A model generated the notes under the pieces. The model was not told the origin of the DNA. It did not search any database and worked only from the letters and a program-made list of their open reading frames with translations. This document shows positions 33,132 through 35,216 of a stretch of 35,216 nucleotides of DNA, piece by piece. Origin of the DNA: Chromatiales bacterium (GTDB taxonomy: Bacteria; Pseudomonadota; Gammaproteobacteria; SZUA-140); contig JAITWN010000123.1 of the NCBI GenBank assembly GCA_031285245.1, positions 1 to 35,216 on the forward strand. The letters run 5' to 3'. A program made the translations under genes and the position numbers. Each line of letters begins with the position of its first letter. Within the stretch, counting starts at the first letter, position 1.

Positions 33132-34184
33132 ATGGTGGCGTCACCCAGCGACAAGACGCTGATCAAGCTTTCTAAGCGCGGTTATTTCCTGCTCAACAAT
33201 AAGCGCTATCGGGAAGCGGAAAAAACTTTTCATGAGGCGTTGGCTCTCGATGAGGCCAATGCTTTCGTGTTGGTGGGGCTGGGTGATGTCTGTCGCAAGC
33301 TCAAGAACTTTCGCCAGGCGGTAGATTATTACGCGCGTATTCTCGAAGTCGATCCGCGCAACGTTTTTGCGCTGCGCGGCATGGGCAATGCCTATCGCGG
33401 CTTGCAGATGCCGGAGAAGTCGGTTCCGTATTGGCAGCGCTATCTCGAATGCAATCCCGATGATTGCCATGTCATGGTGCGTCTCGGTGACTCGATGCGA
33501 AAGCTCGGTGATTTCGACGGCGCACGTCAGGTTTACGAACAGGCACTGCGTCTCGGTGGCAATGACAAATTCGCCACGCTTGGTCTGAGCAATCTCTATT
33601 ACAAGATCGGTGACGATGAGCGTGCGTTCATCGCGCTGCGTCATTACCTTACTTTTGATGCCGACAGCGTGGTGGCGCTCACCATGCTTGGCAGCATTCT
33701 GCATCGGCGCAAGGAATTCGCGGAAGCATCGGCCTGTTTCGAACGCGTGCTGCGCGTTGATCCCGAGAACGTCTTCGCGCTGAGCGGGCTTGCCAATTGC
33801 CGGCGTGGCGAAAACCGGCTGCCGGAGGCGGTGGCGTTGTGGGAGCGTGTCCTTGGCGCCGAGCCGCGCAATCAGAACATTCTCTCGCGTCTTGGCGATG
33901 CCGCCTTCAAGCTCGGTAGCTATGAGCGCGCCGAGGAGTATTACCGCCGTTCGCTCGATATCAGCTTTGATTTCTATTCGATGCTCGGCCTCGCCGCGCT
34001 CATGCACCGACGCGGCCAGTCGCAGCAGGCAGAAGATTATGCGCTACGCCTGTTGGCACACGAGGGCGCTGACAAGATCCGCGTGCTGCGTTTGCTCCGG
34101 CGCATCTATGAAGGCACCGAACAGTGGGAAAAGATGGACCTCATCGAGCAGCAGCTCGCGTTGTTGGATAGTTCATCGGTTTGA
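33132..34184 (+). CDS. Tetratricopeptide (TPR) repeat protein
   Basis: Start placed at ATG 33132 (SD GAAGGAG 8 nt upstream). There are eight or so 34-aa TPR-like units (e.g. 'AEKTFHEALALDEANAFVLVGLGDVCRKLKNFRQAVDYYARILEVDPRN'). Confidence 0.85.
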   Translation: MVASPSDKTLIKLSKRGYFLLNNKRYREAEKTFHEALALDEANAFVLVGLGDVCRKLKNFRQAVDYYARILEVDPRNVFALRGMGNAYRGLQMPEKSVPYWQRYLECNPDDCHVMVRLGDSMRKLGDFDGARQVYEQALRLGGNDKFATLGLSNLYYKIGDDERAFIALRHYLTFDADSVVALTMLGSILHRRKEFAEASACFERVLRVDPENVFALSGLANCRRGENRLPEAVALWERVLGAEPRNQNILSRLGDAAFKLGSYERAEEYYRRSLDISFDFYSMLGLAALMHRRGQSQQAEDYALRLLAHEGADKIRVLRLLRRIYEGTEQWEKMDLIEQQLALLDSSSV

Positions 34185-34248
34185 AATTTTCTTTTCTGGC
34201 GCTGAGCGGATTTTTCCTTCTGCTCTGAATTTTTCCTCTTTCCGAATT

Positions 34249-34456
34249 CTCTCTCCCCAACTCGCTTCGTCTCCCTCGCTATGCTCTCCCACGAGTGAGA
34301 CCTCTGCGAAACGGTGACCAGCGGTGCCCGTGACTCTTTTTCAGGACCGTTGACGCGTAGCGGCTCTGTCTATCATCTATCTGGGTTTTGAAAAAGTCTC
34401 CCGGACCTACCTGATCACGGAACCCTGAGGTGAATCTTCCGACGTTGGGCTGACTC
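34249..34456 (+). repeat. Palindromic intergenic repeat, copy D (long form)
   Basis: About 208 bp between the TPR stop and the sucA start. It aligns with the reverse complement of copy C, except that the central ~20-bp block is in the opposite orientation. Confidence 0.85.
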
Positions 34457-34578
34457 CCCTTACCGACGCCCGCCAGCGATGGCATTGTTCTTGCTCCGCT
34501 TTCCTTAGCGTATATCGATGTCGCGGGTTGCTCTTGATCAAAGCCTCGCTTCGTCAGCAATGGGAAGATGGCACTACG

Positions 34579-35216
34579 ATGGGAGACATGCCTCAACAAA
34601 AGGATTTACGCGCCTGGTGGAATTCATCGCATCTGGCGGGCGCGAATGCGTCGTGGCTGGAGGCGATGTATGAGGACTGGCTGAAGGATCCTGCGGCGGT
34701 CGATGCCGGTTGGCGCGCTTATTTCGAGCGTTTGCCGCGTGCTGAGAGCGCTCTGCCTGAGCGCTCTCAGGTTGATATTCGTCAGGGTTTCGTCGATCAC
34801 GCGCACCAACGCCAGCAGGAAAATTGGCGCGCTCCGGAAAGTCATCCGTTGGCTATGCAGCCGGCTGCGCCACTCGCGCCTGCTGAATCCCCGCAAGCCA
34901 TCCGCCAGTCGCACGTGCGTCAGTTGGTCGATGCTTACCGGGCGCTCGGCCATCTGGTTGCCAATATCGATCCACTGGGTCTGCGCGATATTCCGCGCTT
35001 ACCTGAGCTTGATCCAGCGCATTACGGATTGGTCGGGGGGTTGATCGGGCGGGATCTCGGCGCGGTGTTTGAGGATCTGCCTGCGGGGCTGCGCGGGCGA
35101 TCGCTCGCCGATGTCGTCGCCGGACTGCAAGCGATTTACTGCGGCACTTTCGCCATCGAGTATGTGCACGTTGCCAACAGTGTGGAGCTGTGCTGGTTGC
35201 GCGAAGCCTTAGAAGA
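34579..35216 (+). CDS. sucA: 2-oxoglutarate dehydrogenase E1 component, 3'-truncated by the window end
   Basis: This ORF is not in the supplied track because it has no stop in the window. My translation is 'M(GDM)PQQKDLRAWWNSSHLAGANASWLEAMYEDWLKDPAAVDAGWRAYFERLP...VRQLVDAYRALGHLVANIDPLG', collinear with the E. coli SucA N-terminus. An alternative start is ATG 34588. Confidence 0.9.
   Translation, partial: MGDMPQQKDLRAWWNSSHLAGANASWLEAMYEDWLKDPAAVDAGWRAYFERLPRAESALPERSQVDIRQGFVDHAHQRQQENWRAPESHPLAMQPAAPLAPAESPQAIRQSHVRQLVDAYRALGHLVANIDPLGLRDIPRLPELDPAHYGLVGGLIGRDLGAVFEDLPAGLRGRSLADVVAGLQAIYCGTFAIEYVHVANSVELCWLREALE

Noticed and set aside
33141-34007. 288-aa minus-strand ORF
   Set aside because: It is antisense to the TPR gene, which shows clear 34-aa TPR periodicity and a good SD. 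The antisense product has no motif.
10388-34456. Possibility that the repeated palindromes are a CRISPR array or CRISPR remnants
   Set aside because: Copies are kilobases apart in separate intergenic regions. They are 110-210 bp long, not tandemly spaced by unique spacers, and no cas genes are present.
1-35216. Search for tRNA, rRNA, IS elements, integrases, phage genes or known defence systems (RM, CBASS, retron, Abi and similar)
   Set aside because: I found no T-loop or rRNA-like sequence in intergenic regions. No ORF has transposase, integrase, nuclease-helicase or cyclase hallmarks. Apart from vapBC the window looks like core chromosome.

Overview
GC-rich, densely coding proteobacterial chromosome segment. 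It is probably gammaproteobacterial and possibly Xanthomonadales-like, but that taxonomy is a guess from gene content. About 27 protein genes are supportable.

Gene order:
- ygiQ radical SAM (5' partial) and a HIT protein.
- A minus-strand envelope/redox block: slp, slp, copC, copD, msrB, orphan cNMP-binding protein.
- rhlE (with a long RG-rich tail) and typA/bipA.
- An MFS transporter.
- A minimal SET-domain protein followed by sprT.
- A vapBC toxin-antitoxin cassette.
- uup (ABC-F).
- A lipoprotein with a cadherin-like domain plus a 7-repeat FG-GAP-like propeller.
- A minus-strand operon: HAD-IIB phosphatase, 4-TM orphan, flavodoxin-like NAD(P)H quinone reductase fused to a UbiA/MenA-like prenyltransferase, DUF1289.
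- tamA-tamB.
- prkA-yeaH-spoVR.
- A TPR protein.
- The 5' end of sucA.

I found no rRNA, tRNA, CRISPR array, transposase, integrase or phage genes. I see no classical defence island; vapBC is the only clearly accessory cassette.

The signals not explained by ordinary annotation are:
1. A dispersed family of long palindromic intergenic repeats: five alignable copies plus one related perfect 24-bp inverted repeat. The central segment occurs in both orientations relative to the asymmetric flanks.
2. The reductase::prenyltransferase fusion and its uncharacterised operon.
3. The SET-SprT gene pair.
4. The RG-rich disordered tails on RhlE and YgiQ.
5. The cadherin-like/propeller lipoprotein.

All calls come from reading motifs in the supplied translations and DNA. 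No database search was run.
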